NCBI GenBank assembly: GCA_965208675.1
Contig: OZ242351.1
Coordinates: 4,384,001 to 4,448,000, forward strand
Origin: Candidatus Poribacteria bacterium
Lineage (GTDB): Bacteria; Poribacteria; WGA-4E; PCPOR2b
Direction of reading: 5' to 3'
Length of the DNA stretch: 64,000 nucleotides
Made by a program: the position numbers and the translations under genes. Each line of letters begins with the position of its first letter. Position 1 is the stretch's first letter. Of this stretch, positions 38,525 through 48,712 are shown in pieces. The notes below the pieces were generated by a model. It saw nothing but the letters and a program-made list of their open reading frames with translations. It did no database searches and had not been told where the DNA came from.

Positions 38525-38557
38525 AAAAAGGGGAATCGGGATATTCCCAATTCCCCT
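38525..38557 (-). terminator. Rho-independent terminator of the OmpA-domain gene
   Basis: A7 followed by GGGGAAT...ATTCCCC hairpin. Confidence 0.7.
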
Positions 38558-38578
38558 AGAAAGGTAGGCGATGATGGG

Positions 38579-39454
38579 TTACATCATCGGACTCGGTGGC
38601 GTAATGAAGACCTCGACGCGACGGTTTTTTGCAGCCCCGGCTTTTGTTCTCACTGATGCAATCGGGTCCGTGTGGGCACGTCCAACAGATTCGATGTCGT
38701 TTTGCACGCCCTGCGTTTTGAGATACTTCACAGCGGAATCCGCGCGTGCTTGAGAAAGGTGCCAGTTGCTGCGGTATTTTCCACTCAATACCGGTTTTCC
38801 GTCAGTGTGACCGATTACCTTGACCATCGAATCCGGGTGCGCCTCCATGATCGCTTTAACCGCATTATTGAGGTTTTGTTTCGCTTCCTGATTCAAACGG
38901 GTTCCGCCGCTGGGGAAGTGCACGGTTGCAATCAATGTCGGCTTTGCGGCAACCATGGCTTTTAGGGTTTTGGTCTCTGCTTTTACCTCGGCGATCGCCG
39001 CTTGCATTTCCATATGATCCGCCGCTTGTTCCTTGGACTTGTTGTCTAAGCTGCCGATCATCATGCGCAACTTTTCATCTTCGTCCATAGCAAAGGCTTG
39101 AGCCTTTTCACGCGCCATATTGACGGCGTTCGTGAGGTCTTCATGCAATTTGGCATGCTGCTCCTTTGCGAAACCCTTGGCGGCGCTGATTGTGTCCGCA
39201 TCGCCCTGTTCAGCGGCAGCGACAGCGTCATTCTTTGCCGTAGAGATTTCCGATCTTAAAGAATTCCCTTGCTCGTCAACCTTGCCGCCAATCATAGCGA
39301 CCTCTTCCCGCAACTTTGAATGTTCCGCTGCAGATTCCGCGTTGTATTTCTCCATCTCTGCATCAAACTCCATCTTGCTCAGTTTGCCGCACCCGCTGAG
39401 ACCGATACCCAGAGCAAAAATGGCGACACTAGCCACTAAGGCTAAGATTTTCAT
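38579..39454 (-). CDS. Lipoprotein with coiled coil and C-terminal OmpA/MotB-like peptidoglycan-binding domain
   Basis: Start ATG 39454 (SD GGAGG); lipobox LSGC; VIGHTD, NWHLSQARA and NRRVEV motifs. Confidence 0.9.
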   Translation of the reverse strand: MKILALVASVAIFALGIGLSGCGKLSKMEFDAEMEKYNAESAAEHSKLREEVAMIGGKVDEQGNSLRSEISTAKNDAVAAAEQGDADTISAAKGFAKEQHAKLHEDLTNAVNMAREKAQAFAMDEDEKLRMMIGSLDNKSKEQAADHMEMQAAIAEVKAETKTLKAMVAAKPTLIATVHFPSGGTRLNQEAKQNLNNAVKAIMEAHPDSMVKVIGHTDGKPVLSGKYRSNWHLSQARADSAVKYLKTQGVQNDIESVGRAHTDPIASVRTKAGAAKNRRVEVFITPPSPMM

Positions 39455-39702
39455 TGTTCCCTCCCAAGAATTAAATGCGTTAACATTAGGAATACAGACT
39501 TTGAGCATCTGATACGCGCATAAGTTTGTACGGTATTTTAGCACAAGTCACGTCTGAATACAAGAAAAATCGCTAAGCATATTTGGGTGGGCGTGCAGAT
39601 TTGTGAGTGATGCTAACCTATCCGGATTATGCTGGCTAACGCACGGACTTAGCGGCGGAGAATTATTGTTGTTTCAGATGATTCCGAGTGCAGCGGTGCG
39701 GG

Positions 39703-40785
39703 CTATTCCGGCTGTGCCGTCAGGTGGATGTTTCCGTTTGAACTGCGCAGCTTGACCGCTGTATCTCCGCCTTCGCCAATTTGGCCTTCAAGCCGATTGT
39801 ATTTTTTCTCGGTATGAGAGATTGGCAAATCGGATTTTACATTGCCATTACTAGTTTTGGCGTTCAATTGTCCGGCGAAATCTGCGGGAAGAGTCAAATG
39901 AATTGAACCGTTTGTCGTCTGTGCGTCGATTGGGGCGCCGCCGGCGGCAATCGTTACGTCAATCGACCCGTTGGTCGTCGAGAACTCCGCAGCGTCCGCG
40001 ATTTGCCCGATGGATGTCTCAATATTGCCGTTGGTGGTGTCGATGTCAATGGGACCGTTATCGCCTTGTACCTTTATTGTGCCGTTGACGGTTTTTGCGG
40101 CGATGGCGCCCTCGATTCCGCTGACTCGAATGGCACTGTTTACGGCGGCGAGATTAACGCCCATTTGGTGAGGGGTTTGAATTTCATAACTGACCGTCAC
40201 ATTGACGCCCTTTGGCGGATTGGGAAAGTCTCTGTAAATGCGAATTTCGCCGTCGTGCAGTTCGGCGTGGACTTGGACGTTTTGGGCAAACTCATCGGCT
40301 TCTTCAGCACTGGGTGCACGTACTTCTTTTAGGGCGGTGACAGCGACGTGATTGACGTCGGCGCCGTCAAGCGAAATTGAACCGTTTACGGTTTGCGCGG
40401 CGACGGTTGCAACGTCGGCACTATCAAACTGCCACTGAATTCTTTCTTCGAACTTTCGTTTGCCGCTGGTTTTCTCAATCGCATTGATTGCGTCTGAGAC
40501 TGACGTTTTCACCTGATCCACAACATCGCCGACAGCGCCGCCTACGACCTTCCCGACATCAGCCGTTCGATGCACGGATTCAACGGCTTTATTGACGCCT
40601 TGCTTAATCTCATGCCTAATCTCCTGAAATATTTCTGCGACCTCCTTGGATTTGCGGTGTTTTGCACTATGTTGAACGTCCGCTTTGGACGTATCGCTGA
40701 TGGTGCGGATGAGCATGTCCGCTTCGTCCGCGTTGATTGTGCCTTCTTCGAGCATTCTGAGAATTTCGCGCCTTTCATCGCTCAT
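39703..40785 (-). CDS. DUF4097 (Toastrack) beta-repeat protein with N-terminal SHOCT-like domain (YvlB/LiaX-like)
   Basis: ERREILRMLEEGTINADEA N-terminus; repeated T(V/T)NGSI motifs. Confidence 0.85.
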   Translation of the reverse strand: MSDERREILRMLEEGTINADEADMLIRTISDTSKADVQHSAKHRKSKEVAEIFQEIRHEIKQGVNKAVESVHRTADVGKVVGGAVGDVVDQVKTSVSDAINAIEKTSGKRKFEERIQWQFDSADVATVAAQTVNGSISLDGADVNHVAVTALKEVRAPSAEEADEFAQNVQVHAELHDGEIRIYRDFPNPPKGVNVTVSYEIQTPHQMGVNLAAVNSAIRVSGIEGAIAAKTVNGTIKVQGDNGPIDIDTTNGNIETSIGQIADAAEFSTTNGSIDVTIAAGGAPIDAQTTNGSIHLTLPADFAGQLNAKTSNGNVKSDLPISHTEKKYNRLEGQIGEGGDTAVKLRSSNGNIHLTAQPE

Positions 40786-40842
40786 GATTTTCCTCCCTAC
40801 TTAATCTAGGTGCCACTATTTTAACGACAGTCGAGTTAATGA

Positions 40843-41121
40843 TTACTCAGATTCTTTTCCAGGCTCTTGGTTTAGCACTGGATTCATCCGTTTCGACGTG
40901 CGTTCGGTATTGTAGTAATGGATATAGATATCCGTCACGTATTCCTGTATTTTCACAACGTGCTCTTTGAGTGCGCGGAGATCTGAATGGATTCGGACCA
41001 ACTCTTGATTTTGTTCTACGTGTTTACTGCCTGGACCGTATTTGAATTTTACAAATCTGCAACCCATAATTCCAATCGAAACGGCAAATATCACCAATGC
41101 GATTCCGTACAATTCACCCAT
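40843..41121 (-). CDS. Small single-TM coiled-coil protein
   Basis: SD AGGAG; N-terminal TM segment; in operon. Confidence 0.7.
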   Translation of the reverse strand: MGELYGIALVIFAVSIGIMGCRFVKFKYGPGSKHVEQNQELVRIHSDLRALKEHVVKIQEYVTDIYIHYYNTERTSKRMNPVLNQEPGKESE

Positions 41122-41228
41122 AGTCGTAACTCCTTTTTGATGTATTTGAATGTATCGGTAATGGAGAAAAACACAAGAATAACTACGATTTGCGGGAACG
41201 AGCCGCTAAGACCGAGAGTTGCTGCGTG

Positions 41229-41516
41229 CTAACGGTGAAAGAGCTGTTTGCACTCGCGGGCCGTTTCCCGGAAGTTTCGGTTGAGAATTCGCTTTTGTCC
41301 ACGCAGTAGCCGCTTTAAGTTCTTGAGACTGTCCCCTTTGGTGGCTTCTAGGCGCTTATGCATGGACTCGGTGAAGGCATTCAGAGCATCTCGGACCGGG
41401 AGTTGAGGCAGCCGCGCACGTGGGCCTTTGAGCGCTTGTAACAGCGGCTCCGCCGCTTTCACTGTGATTTTTACCTCAGATACCATTTTGAGGATTGCCG
41501 CATTTTGCTTTTTCAT
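41229..41516 (-). CDS. Small SHOCT-like domain protein
   Basis: ILKMVSEVKITVKAAEPLLQAL motif; SD AGGAG; in operon. Confidence 0.65.
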   Translation of the reverse strand: MKKQNAAILKMVSEVKITVKAAEPLLQALKGPRARLPQLPVRDALNAFTESMHKRLEATKGDSLKNLKRLLRGQKRILNRNFRETARECKQLFHR

Positions 41517-41527
41517 GATTGTCTCCT

Positions 41528-41917
41528 TTAGGTTATGTTAAGTTGGTGAATGAGTTCTGCGGCTTCCGCCGCTGAAATTTCGCCTGCATCGAGCCGCTTT
41601 AGGATTGCGCGTCGTTGTTCAGGAATGTCATCAGTCTGCTGCGCGCCGACCTCAAAGCCGAGTTCGGCGATGACCGCGTTCAGACGGCTTCGGACGGTCG
41701 GATAGGAGATTCCGAGTTCGCGTTCCATCTCTTTGACATTGCCGCGATTCCTGACGAAGTTTTCCAAAAACTCGAGGCTTTCCTTTGACAGCCGGCAGAA
41801 ACGGCAGGTTTCATACTGGCTTTCGATTTTAGTATCGCAGGTGAAGCATTGCAACTGTGTGATTGTTAATTCTCCACTGCACGTTGGACATTTTTCCAAT
41901 ATCTTTCGCAAGGTCAA
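41528..41917 (-). CDS. DUF2089 family Zn-ribbon/HTH protein
   Basis: CPTC...CFTC; RGNVKEMERELGISYPTVRSRL; SHOCT-like tail. Confidence 0.88.
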   Translation of the reverse strand: MTLRKILEKCPTCSGELTITQLQCFTCDTKIESQYETCRFCRLSKESLEFLENFVRNRGNVKEMERELGISYPTVRSRLNAVIAELGFEVGAQQTDDIPEQRRAILKRLDAGEISAAEAAELIHQLNIT

Positions 41918-41968
41918 TCCCCATTTCAGATTGGTGTGATTTTAGAATTAATGAATTAAGGTGATTAA

Positions 41969-41997
41969 AATATACCACAGTTATAAAAAAATGTCAA
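41969..41997 (-). promoter_or_regulatory. sigma70-type promoter of the DUF2089 operon
   Basis: TTGACA-17-TATATT with TGTGG extension. Confidence 0.65.
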
Positions 41998-42197
41998 GAA
42001 AAAATACAATATTTCGTGAAAACCGGTACAAATTTTAAAAATATGAGAAATAGAACATTTAAACAATAAACACATTGAAACAAAAAAAGCCATGAGTCTT
42101 TTGCAGCGACTCATGGCTCGGTTTTCATATCCTCGGAAAAGTTGGTGCTACCTCAAGCAACTAATTATTGCGTCGTAAACTAACAAACGTACCATTT

Positions 42198-42815
42198 TTA
42201 ATTGGGGGATATTTCTTCAAAAAGCAACTCCTGTTGAATCCATGTGATTATAGATTCCACGCGCATCCCGCGCCGCAGGTCTGTGAATACAAACGGTTTT
42301 TCGCCGCGCATACGTTTAGTGTCGCGTTCCATTATGCCGAGGTCGGCTCCGACGTGGGGCGCGAGATCGATTTTGTTGATGACGAGCAGATCGGAGCGGG
42401 TAATGCCTGGACCGCCTTTGCGGGGAATTTTGTCGCCGCCGGCGACGTCAATTACGTATATGGCGGCATCGACTAGCTCCGGACTAAAAAATGCCGCTAA
42501 ATTATCGCCGCCGCTTTCCAAGAACAAGATATCCAAATCGGGAAAGCGTTCAATCATCTGCTCAAGGGCTTCTAGGTTGCTGGAGATGTCCTCTCGAATA
42601 GCGGTGTGCGGGCAGCCGCCGGTCTCAACACCGAGGATTCGATTGGCGGGAAGCGCTTCGGCGCGGAGTAGAATCTCCGCATCTTCGCGCGTATAAATGT
42701 CGTTGGTGATGGCGGCGAGTTCATAGTCACGGCGCATTGCCTTGCACAAGCGTTCGATTAGCGCAGTTTTACCGGAGCCTACTGGACCGCCAATCCCGAT
42801 TTTCAAGAGTTTCAT
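42198..42815 (-). CDS. ureG: Urease accessory GTPase UreG
   Basis: [29 protein letters not shown] and NKID motifs. Confidence 0.97.
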   Translation of the reverse strand: MKLLKIGIGGPVGSGKTALIERLCKAMRRDYELAAITNDIYTREDAEILLRAEALPANRILGVETGGCPHTAIREDISSNLEALEQMIERFPDLDILFLESGGDNLAAFFSPELVDAAIYVIDVAGGDKIPRKGGPGITRSDLLVINKIDLAPHVGADLGIMERDTKRMRGEKPFVFTDLRRGMRVESIITWIQQELLFEEISPN

Positions 42816-42894
42816 GGCTGAAAATCCTTTCTCGATAAGGCAAAGATTTCGCCGTACGTATGCGAATGCCGTTATGTAACCCGATATTAACGGT

Positions 42895-43644
42895 TTAGGA
42901 GATGAAAAGCCTTGAATAGAGCCGTTCGTGCTGCATGCTCCGAATGTCTAGCCCCGGCGTAAAAGCCGCGAAATCGTCGAAGTTTGCGTTTTGAGCGAAT
43001 TCTGCAATTTCCGGGAGATGGGGATGGAGCGCGTGGATAGTCAGTAGTCCATCGGTCGCGCCGAGCGGGATAAGCCGCACGGCTGCGGAGACATGACCAA
43101 CGACGTAGGCGTGTAGAAAACCGAGCAATGCAATTGGCAATTCAATTGAAGCTGCGGCGGCAACCAATCCGAACGCTATTGCATGGTGACCGGCGCAATC
43201 CTTAGAGCGTATTCGCTTCTCGTAAGCGTCCAGCGTTGCGTGCGGCACAAGTTGCCGTGCGTTTCTAAGAAACTGTTTTCCAATGTGTACACTGCCGTTC
43301 CGAGATTCACGCGGCAGCTTGAGCGCGGTGAGACGCATGTCTAAGTCGGCGATTCGGCTGATGCTAGCGTCGGGCGCATTCGCGTAGGTTTGAGCAGATT
43401 TGTACGCCAACGCCAGCGCAATGGCATCAGTGTTCCGTATCCCTTCCAGTAAGGCGTTCCGCAATAATTCCTCACAGGAGGGCTGATCCGCAACCAATCC
43501 GATTTGAACGTAGGTTTCTAGCCCATAGGAGTGCGCGAATGCACCCGTCGGGAAGAAGCTATCTACAAGTTGAAGCAGTGTGAGCAGCGCACTATGGTTG
43601 TGATTATTGGTTTGCATTTGGTGCGGCTTCTGCGGTAAAGTCAT
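42895..43644 (-). CDS. ureF: Urease accessory protein UreF
   Basis: [16 protein letters not shown]; C-terminal [11 protein letters not shown]. Confidence 0.95.
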   Translation of the reverse strand: MTLPQKPHQMQTNNHNHSALLTLLQLVDSFFPTGAFAHSYGLETYVQIGLVADQPSCEELLRNALLEGIRNTDAIALALAYKSAQTYANAPDASISRIADLDMRLTALKLPRESRNGSVHIGKQFLRNARQLVPHATLDAYEKRIRSKDCAGHHAIAFGLVAAAASIELPIALLGFLHAYVVGHVSAAVRLIPLGATDGLLTIHALHPHLPEIAEFAQNANFDDFAAFTPGLDIRSMQHERLYSRLFIS

Positions 43645-43656
43645 GGTACAGTATTC

Positions 43657-44088
43657 TTAATGGCAACGCGCAGCGGCGTGAGTGAATACCAGTTCTTCAA
43701 TCGAATATTGGAATCCGAGCCGATCCAGTTGATTTTCCAAAACCGGTTCGTATGGAATGAGTATTGCGCCCCCGTGAAATCCTATGGGACGATGGAGGTT
43801 GCCGATCTGATAGCACGCTATGCCAAACGCCCTGCTGGTCTGTGGACGTAAAACGAGTACCGTTTCCGGTATGCCTTCAACGACAATTTCAAATTGTCCA
43901 TTGCGATAGAGGACATCGCCCGGATGCAGGATTGTCCCCGTGGGGAGCGCCAAGCCGATTTCCCGCCCTTCCGTGGTCGTCACACGCTTCCTGCATTTGC
44001 GGCGCCCTTCCCAAGTCAGCCGCACAGCGTCTTTCGCCAAGACTTTATCATCTAACTCTTCCGAAATGATGTTCTCTACGATTATCAT
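43657..44088 (-). CDS. ureE: Urease accessory protein UreE
   Basis: GREIGLALP and YQIGNLH motifs; adjacent to ureF. Confidence 0.9.
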   Translation of the reverse strand: MIIVENIISEELDDKVLAKDAVRLTWEGRRKCRKRVTTTEGREIGLALPTGTILHPGDVLYRNGQFEIVVEGIPETVLVLRPQTSRAFGIACYQIGNLHRPIGFHGGAILIPYEPVLENQLDRLGFQYSIEELVFTHAAARCH

Positions 44089-44288
44089 CTGATGTTTCTC
44101 GTTGCCCGCCGCGGCATGCGACAGTTTAGACGCATGACGAAATACAGTGAAATCCGAATCCTGATTGCCTTTACATCGCCGCGTGGGATATCGTATACTT
44201 TAACAGATAGTCCCAACTCGCGCAACGCCAAATTCATGCGTGTATGCCCACATAAAGCCCATGAATCTACTCATGACCGGAGGATAAC

Positions 44289-44678
44289 ATGGAAACAAAA
44301 GCAGTCTTCAAAAGCGTTAGTCCTTATTTGGACGATGAGATGAATTTACCCGTCGAGAATGTGGATGAGGCAATACCGTTCTATGAGACGATCATGGGGT
44401 TCGAGGTCATATCCAAAAGTGAAACTCCTCATGAGTCGGTTGTATTATCTAGAGACAGAATTCAGATAGGATTGGCTGAGAACGGCGGGGATCCGTCGCA
44501 AGACGGGTGCTTCTTTGAAGTGGATAATGCCGAAGCGGCTTTTAATGAGTTGAAAACGAACGGCTTCGACAAGGAGGATCCGGAGTATCGGGTAGACAAG
44601 CACGGTGCCAAATCGTTCAAGTTGTTCTTTGTGATTGCTCCGGATGGGCTCTGTTACTGTATCGGGGAGCAGGTGTGA
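44289..44678 (+). CDS. VOC/glyoxalase family protein
   Basis: NLPVENVDEAIPFYETIMGF and APDGLCYCIGE motifs; SD GGAGG. Confidence 0.85.
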   Translation: METKAVFKSVSPYLDDEMNLPVENVDEAIPFYETIMGFEVISKSETPHESVVLSRDRIQIGLAENGGDPSQDGCFFEVDNAEAAFNELKTNGFDKEDPEYRVDKHGAKSFKLFFVIAPDGLCYCIGEQV

Positions 44679-44811
44679 TACGGTTAGGCGGCAGATCGGG
44701 ACTGAAAGTCAAAACTATCGCCTTCCCTAATCAGTCAGTTTATCCTCCTTGGCAAGGGGGAGGATTCACTGCGCAATCCGTTCTGGTTGAACTCCGCGTT
44801 TCTGGCGGCGA

Positions 44812-44840
44812 TTGACAATTATTATGCAATCTGATATAAT
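44812..44840 (+). promoter_or_regulatory. Consensus sigma70 promoter
   Basis: TTGACA-17-TATAAT with TG extension. Confidence 0.8.
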
Positions 44841-44882
44841 CTGAAAATATAATGTAATTTTTAATCTGGCAAATTTGAGAAT

Positions 44883-45911
44883 ATGGAGTGTGTCATGGCA
44901 AGACTCCTTCCCACTGAACTAGTGGGCAGCTATGCGCTCCCGAGTTGGCTGCATATTGCAATAGAGCGTATAGAGCACCAAGGCGATCTTGGGGAAACTG
45001 ATATTAACGAGACACTGGACGATTCGGTGAGTCTCGCCGTGTTAGACCAGGAGCGCGCCGGGTTGGATGTAATCACGGATGGCGAGATGCGGCGTCGGGA
45101 CTTTATTCAAAATTTTTACGGCCTCATGACAGGCTTGAAGGAAATCGCGCCTGCCCGGCGCTTCGGGGCGGCGGGATACGATCAGAACCCGCGATATGAG
45201 GTGAATGGCGAAGTCACGGCGCCTAATGGGCTGGGCATTTTGCCGGAGGTTGAGTATCTCAGGCGCATTACTTCCAAGCCGATTAAAGTTTGTGTTCCCG
45301 GTCCTATGACGCTCGCGCTGCCCTTGATTATTAAGGGGGGCGTTACGTCCAAGGAAAGTTTGATTGAAGCCATGGTGACTATCATCAATACGGAGATGAA
45401 GGCGTTGGTTGCAGCCGGGGTTGAAAATCTGCAAGTTGACGAGCCGCGCTACGCAACTTCTCAAAAAGATGCGCAGCGGTTGGTAGAGCTTTTTAATGCG
45501 ACCCGCGAGGGTGTTTCCGCGCGAGTTGGACTGCACCTCTGCTTTGGGAATTTCAAGGGTAGATCCCGCGATCGGCGTGACTACGCTGCCCTGTTTCCTG
45601 CGTTGCTAGAGGCGCGTTGCGACCAGTTTAATCTTGAATTCGCCAACCGGGAGTTTGCACAAATCGAGTTGCTGTCCCACTTCCGTTCCGACCAACAGAT
45701 TGGCATAGGCGTAATCGACATCAAATCGTACTTCGTGGAGACCCCTGACGAAGTGGCTGCGTCGATACGTACCGCATTAGAACACACCGCCGCGGAGAAT
45801 CTTGTCATCATCCCGGACTGCGGCTTCAACCATTGCCCTCGCCACATTGCCTATCGCAAAATTCAAGCGATGGTGAAAGGGGCAGCAATCGTACGGCAGG
45901 AATTGGGTTGA
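44883..45911 (+). CDS. Cobalamin-independent methionine synthase II family (C-terminal/core MetE-like)
   Basis: VGSY, DVITDGE and QVDEP motifs; Zn ligands HLCFGN and PDCG; start may be ATG 44895. Confidence 0.88.
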   Translation: MECVMARLLPTELVGSYALPSWLHIAIERIEHQGDLGETDINETLDDSVSLAVLDQERAGLDVITDGEMRRRDFIQNFYGLMTGLKEIAPARRFGAAGYDQNPRYEVNGEVTAPNGLGILPEVEYLRRITSKPIKVCVPGPMTLALPLIIKGGVTSKESLIEAMVTIINTEMKALVAAGVENLQVDEPRYATSQKDAQRLVELFNATREGVSARVGLHLCFGNFKGRSRDRRDYAALFPALLEARCDQFNLEFANREFAQIELLSHFRSDQQIGIGVIDIKSYFVETPDEVAASIRTALEHTAAENLVIIPDCGFNHCPRHIAYRKIQAMVKGAAIVRQELG

Positions 45912-46034
45912 GCACGCGAAATTAGGAAACACCGATTTAAACCTCCATAGTAAGCCGTAAGCCAGGCTCATTGGAAATCCCGTTATCCTTGAAGCAGCAA
46001 GCGTTAAATTCTTGAATCTCTGACAGAGGAATTC

Positions 46035-47984
46035 ATGGTAAACCCGTTTCGATTAAGGCGATTGGCCATTGTGGTACTGTTGGTTTCATGCACAGCCGGG
46101 GCTTACAGCCAGGAGTACGCCTCAATTTACCTGAAGAGCGGAGACCGCATTACAGGACGCTGGCTGGGCGCAAATGACCAATCCGCTCGGCTTATTTTTC
46201 AAGCCCAAGAGTTATCCATCCCGCTTAACGACGTGAACTCTATTCGGTTTGGGGACGATCTCCGCCTCATCCCAGATGAGGTTGCCGAAAAACACTTCAG
46301 CAATGGTCAGGCTTTATTGGATTTAGGGCTGCGCGAAGAGGCGAAACAGAAGTTTCGAGCGGCGATTGAGGCGTTTCCGAGATTTGCCGATGCGCACTAT
46401 AAGCTCGGTATGCTTCTACAGGAAGACGGAGAAATCGATGAAGCCGTGAAATATTTCGGTTTTGTCGCAAAGATAAATCCCGATGCTTACAACTTGGCGA
46501 TGCAGCTAAAGGGTGCGGGCGATGCTTATCTTAAAACTGAAGCATATCGTAAGGCGAGCCGAGCGTATCTGTTGATTTTCAACCATTATCCGAGCCACAG
46601 CGATGGTGAATATGCGGGATATACGGCAGGATTTCTATTGGCAGAGAAGCTAGAATCCTATAAAGAAGCCTTGCACGTGCTACAGGAGGCGAAGAATCGT
46701 TATCCGGTTAGCCTTTACATGGAAAAGACAGATTACCTAATTGGGGTGCTGCACGCCAAGTTGAACCGATACGAAACGGCGATTGCCACACTAACCGAAT
46801 TCATTAGTAATTATGGAGAGAGCGAATGGCTTGATGACGCCTATCTGGCGCGGGGTGAGTCTTACCTGCTATTGAGGCAAAATCGCGCAGCCATTGCGGA
46901 CTTCGACCATGCGATTGAAATCGCACAGAATGGGAAACTTCGGCGAGATGCTCGGAAGCGGCGCGATGCGTGCGTATGGACGGTTTACAGGATTTCGGAT
47001 GGACTGCCGAGCAATCAGATTCAGGCGCTTGAAGTTGACGGAAATACATTGTGGATCGGTACGCCGAAAGGGGTGGCTCGCGCCGATGTCAGCACCAATG
47101 CGGGTGGGTGGCAGTTGATTTCGGAGAGAGTCGATAAAATCAACGACTTGTTCGATGAAGCCATCAACGTTCGGGCGATCGCGGCTGATGACGCGGACGT
47201 GTGGATTGGGACGTTGAATCACGGTGTGATTCGATACGATTTGTACAAAATATATCCAGAAATCTACGACGAAAGCACTGAAATTCCGCATAATCAGGTG
47301 AACGACATCAATATCCTCAAGGATGAGGTGTGGATTGCGACTTTCTCAGGTGTAGCGCGTTTCAATCGAACCAGCGGTGGGTGGGTGTTTTTCAATAAAA
47401 AAAATGACGGATTACCCGCGGATGATGTCACCGCCCTAGCGGCAACGCCGAAAGCTGTTTGGATAGGGACCTCTGGGCACGGTATCGCAAAATACAACCG
47501 GGGAATCAATTTCTGGCAGAGTATTGGGTCGAGTGATGGGCTGAATCTCAGTCAGGGGAGTACAATAACCAGCTTTGATGTGTGGCGAGATCGTCCTTTC
47601 GCCACGTGGTACAATGATGAGAACAACGGCTACGTCGAGATAGACCCGCAGGGATCGAACAGTTCTGTACAACCGGTGGATTCTGTAGGAGATTTGGTAT
47701 CGCTTCGAGATATCTACATTGCCGTGGGGGAAATTTCGGGCGAGAACACTGGGGAAATGAACAGACAGCCGCCGCTGTGGATTGCAAAGAATGATGTAGT
47801 GTACTTAAAAAGTGCGGGTAATTGGGAATGGTTTGAATATCCTGCCATTCAGCTTGGAGATCCGATTGTGAATTGCATTGCGGTCGGCGACGGCGTTGTC
47901 TGGATTGGTACATCTAACGGACTTGCCAAGCTGGACAGAAACAACCCCGTCATGGACAGGCAAATTCAGAACGAAGAAGAATAG
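46035..47984 (+). CDS. Exported TPR + beta-propeller protein
   Basis: Signal peptide; TPR repeats; repeated LWIGT/VWIGT and DGLP propeller blades. Confidence 0.85.
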   Translation: MVNPFRLRRLAIVVLLVSCTAGAYSQEYASIYLKSGDRITGRWLGANDQSARLIFQAQELSIPLNDVNSIRFGDDLRLIPDEVAEKHFSNGQALLDLGLREEAKQKFRAAIEAFPRFADAHYKLGMLLQEDGEIDEAVKYFGFVAKINPDAYNLAMQLKGAGDAYLKTEAYRKASRAYLLIFNHYPSHSDGEYAGYTAGFLLAEKLESYKEALHVLQEAKNRYPVSLYMEKTDYLIGVLHAKLNRYETAIATLTEFISNYGESEWLDDAYLARGESYLLLRQNRAAIADFDHAIEIAQNGKLRRDARKRRDACVWTVYRISDGLPSNQIQALEVDGNTLWIGTPKGVARADVSTNAGGWQLISERVDKINDLFDEAINVRAIAADDADVWIGTLNHGVIRYDLYKIYPEIYDESTEIPHNQVNDINILKDEVWIATFSGVARFNRTSGGWVFFNKKNDGLPADDVTALAATPKAVWIGTSGHGIAKYNRGINFWQSIGSSDGLNLSQGSTITSFDVWRDRPFATWYNDENNGYVEIDPQGSNSSVQPVDSVGDLVSLRDIYIAVGEISGENTGEMNRQPPLWIAKNDVVYLKSAGNWEWFEYPAIQLGDPIVNCIAVGDGVVWIGTSNGLAKLDRNNPVMDRQIQNEEE

Positions 47985-48066
47985 ACGTGCTCGAAAAACG
48001 AGTTGATTATCCCAACCTGAGACTCTTCTAGTCTGGATGGGTTGAACGTGACAATGACTCACGAGG

Positions 48067-48666
48067 TTGAAAATGTACGGTAGACGGTCCGGATTCTGCT
48101 TTGTTTTAGTGATGTGTATCGGGTTGCCGGGTTGCGTTTGGCTGTCAGCCTTGTCAACCCAGTGGAGCGAGAATTTTGCGCTCAAAAGTTTTGGTACGGA
48201 GGCAAACCATCCGTCCATCAATGATGGAAAACTCGACACGGTAGCGTCGGTAGGCGGCAGCAACAAACCGCGAATCTTTATGCTTAAATTTCCCGAAGCT
48301 AAGAAAGTGCGAAGAATTGTTATCCACAATGAAAATCTGTTTTGGTTTCATGTGGACTATTTAGATATGAAGACTTCAGAATGGGAAACGTGCTACTCGA
48401 TGCGCCAACGGAGGAATATTGGTACTGGACGAACACAAACGCAATATCTCGTCGATCGGTTGAATGTCGAAACAAACATGATTCGGATTGATGTGTCCCG
48501 CACAGTCGATGATGATATTGTTCCGAAACCGATCGCGGAACCGGGGGACAAGGTAGTGAATAGAAAGCTGACGGTGGGACGGCTCTATATTCCCCATTAC
48601 CGCGTTATCGACCAGGCGCCCGCGAAAATTCGAGAAGTCGAAGTGTATCAGCTTGCAGAGCGGTGA
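48067..48666 (+). CDS. Hypothetical exported protein/lipoprotein, discoidin-like
   Basis: Possible lipobox LPGC; NFAL...INDG...IREVEVY pattern of F5/8-type folds. Confidence 0.6.
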   Translation: MKMYGRRSGFCFVLVMCIGLPGCVWLSALSTQWSENFALKSFGTEANHPSINDGKLDTVASVGGSNKPRIFMLKFPEAKKVRRIVIHNENLFWFHVDYLDMKTSEWETCYSMRQRRNIGTGRTQTQYLVDRLNVETNMIRIDVSRTVDDDIVPKPIAEPGDKVVNRKLTVGRLYIPHYRVIDQAPAKIREVEVYQLAER

Positions 48667-48712
48667 CGAATATTGGCGGAGCCGCGCAGGGATTCCAAAT
48701 TGATTCGGCTGG

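Noticed and set aside
44840-44895. SAM or cobalamin riboswitch upstream of the MetE-like gene
   Set aside because: The predicted leader is only about 40-50 nt and AT-rich, with no aptamer consensus.
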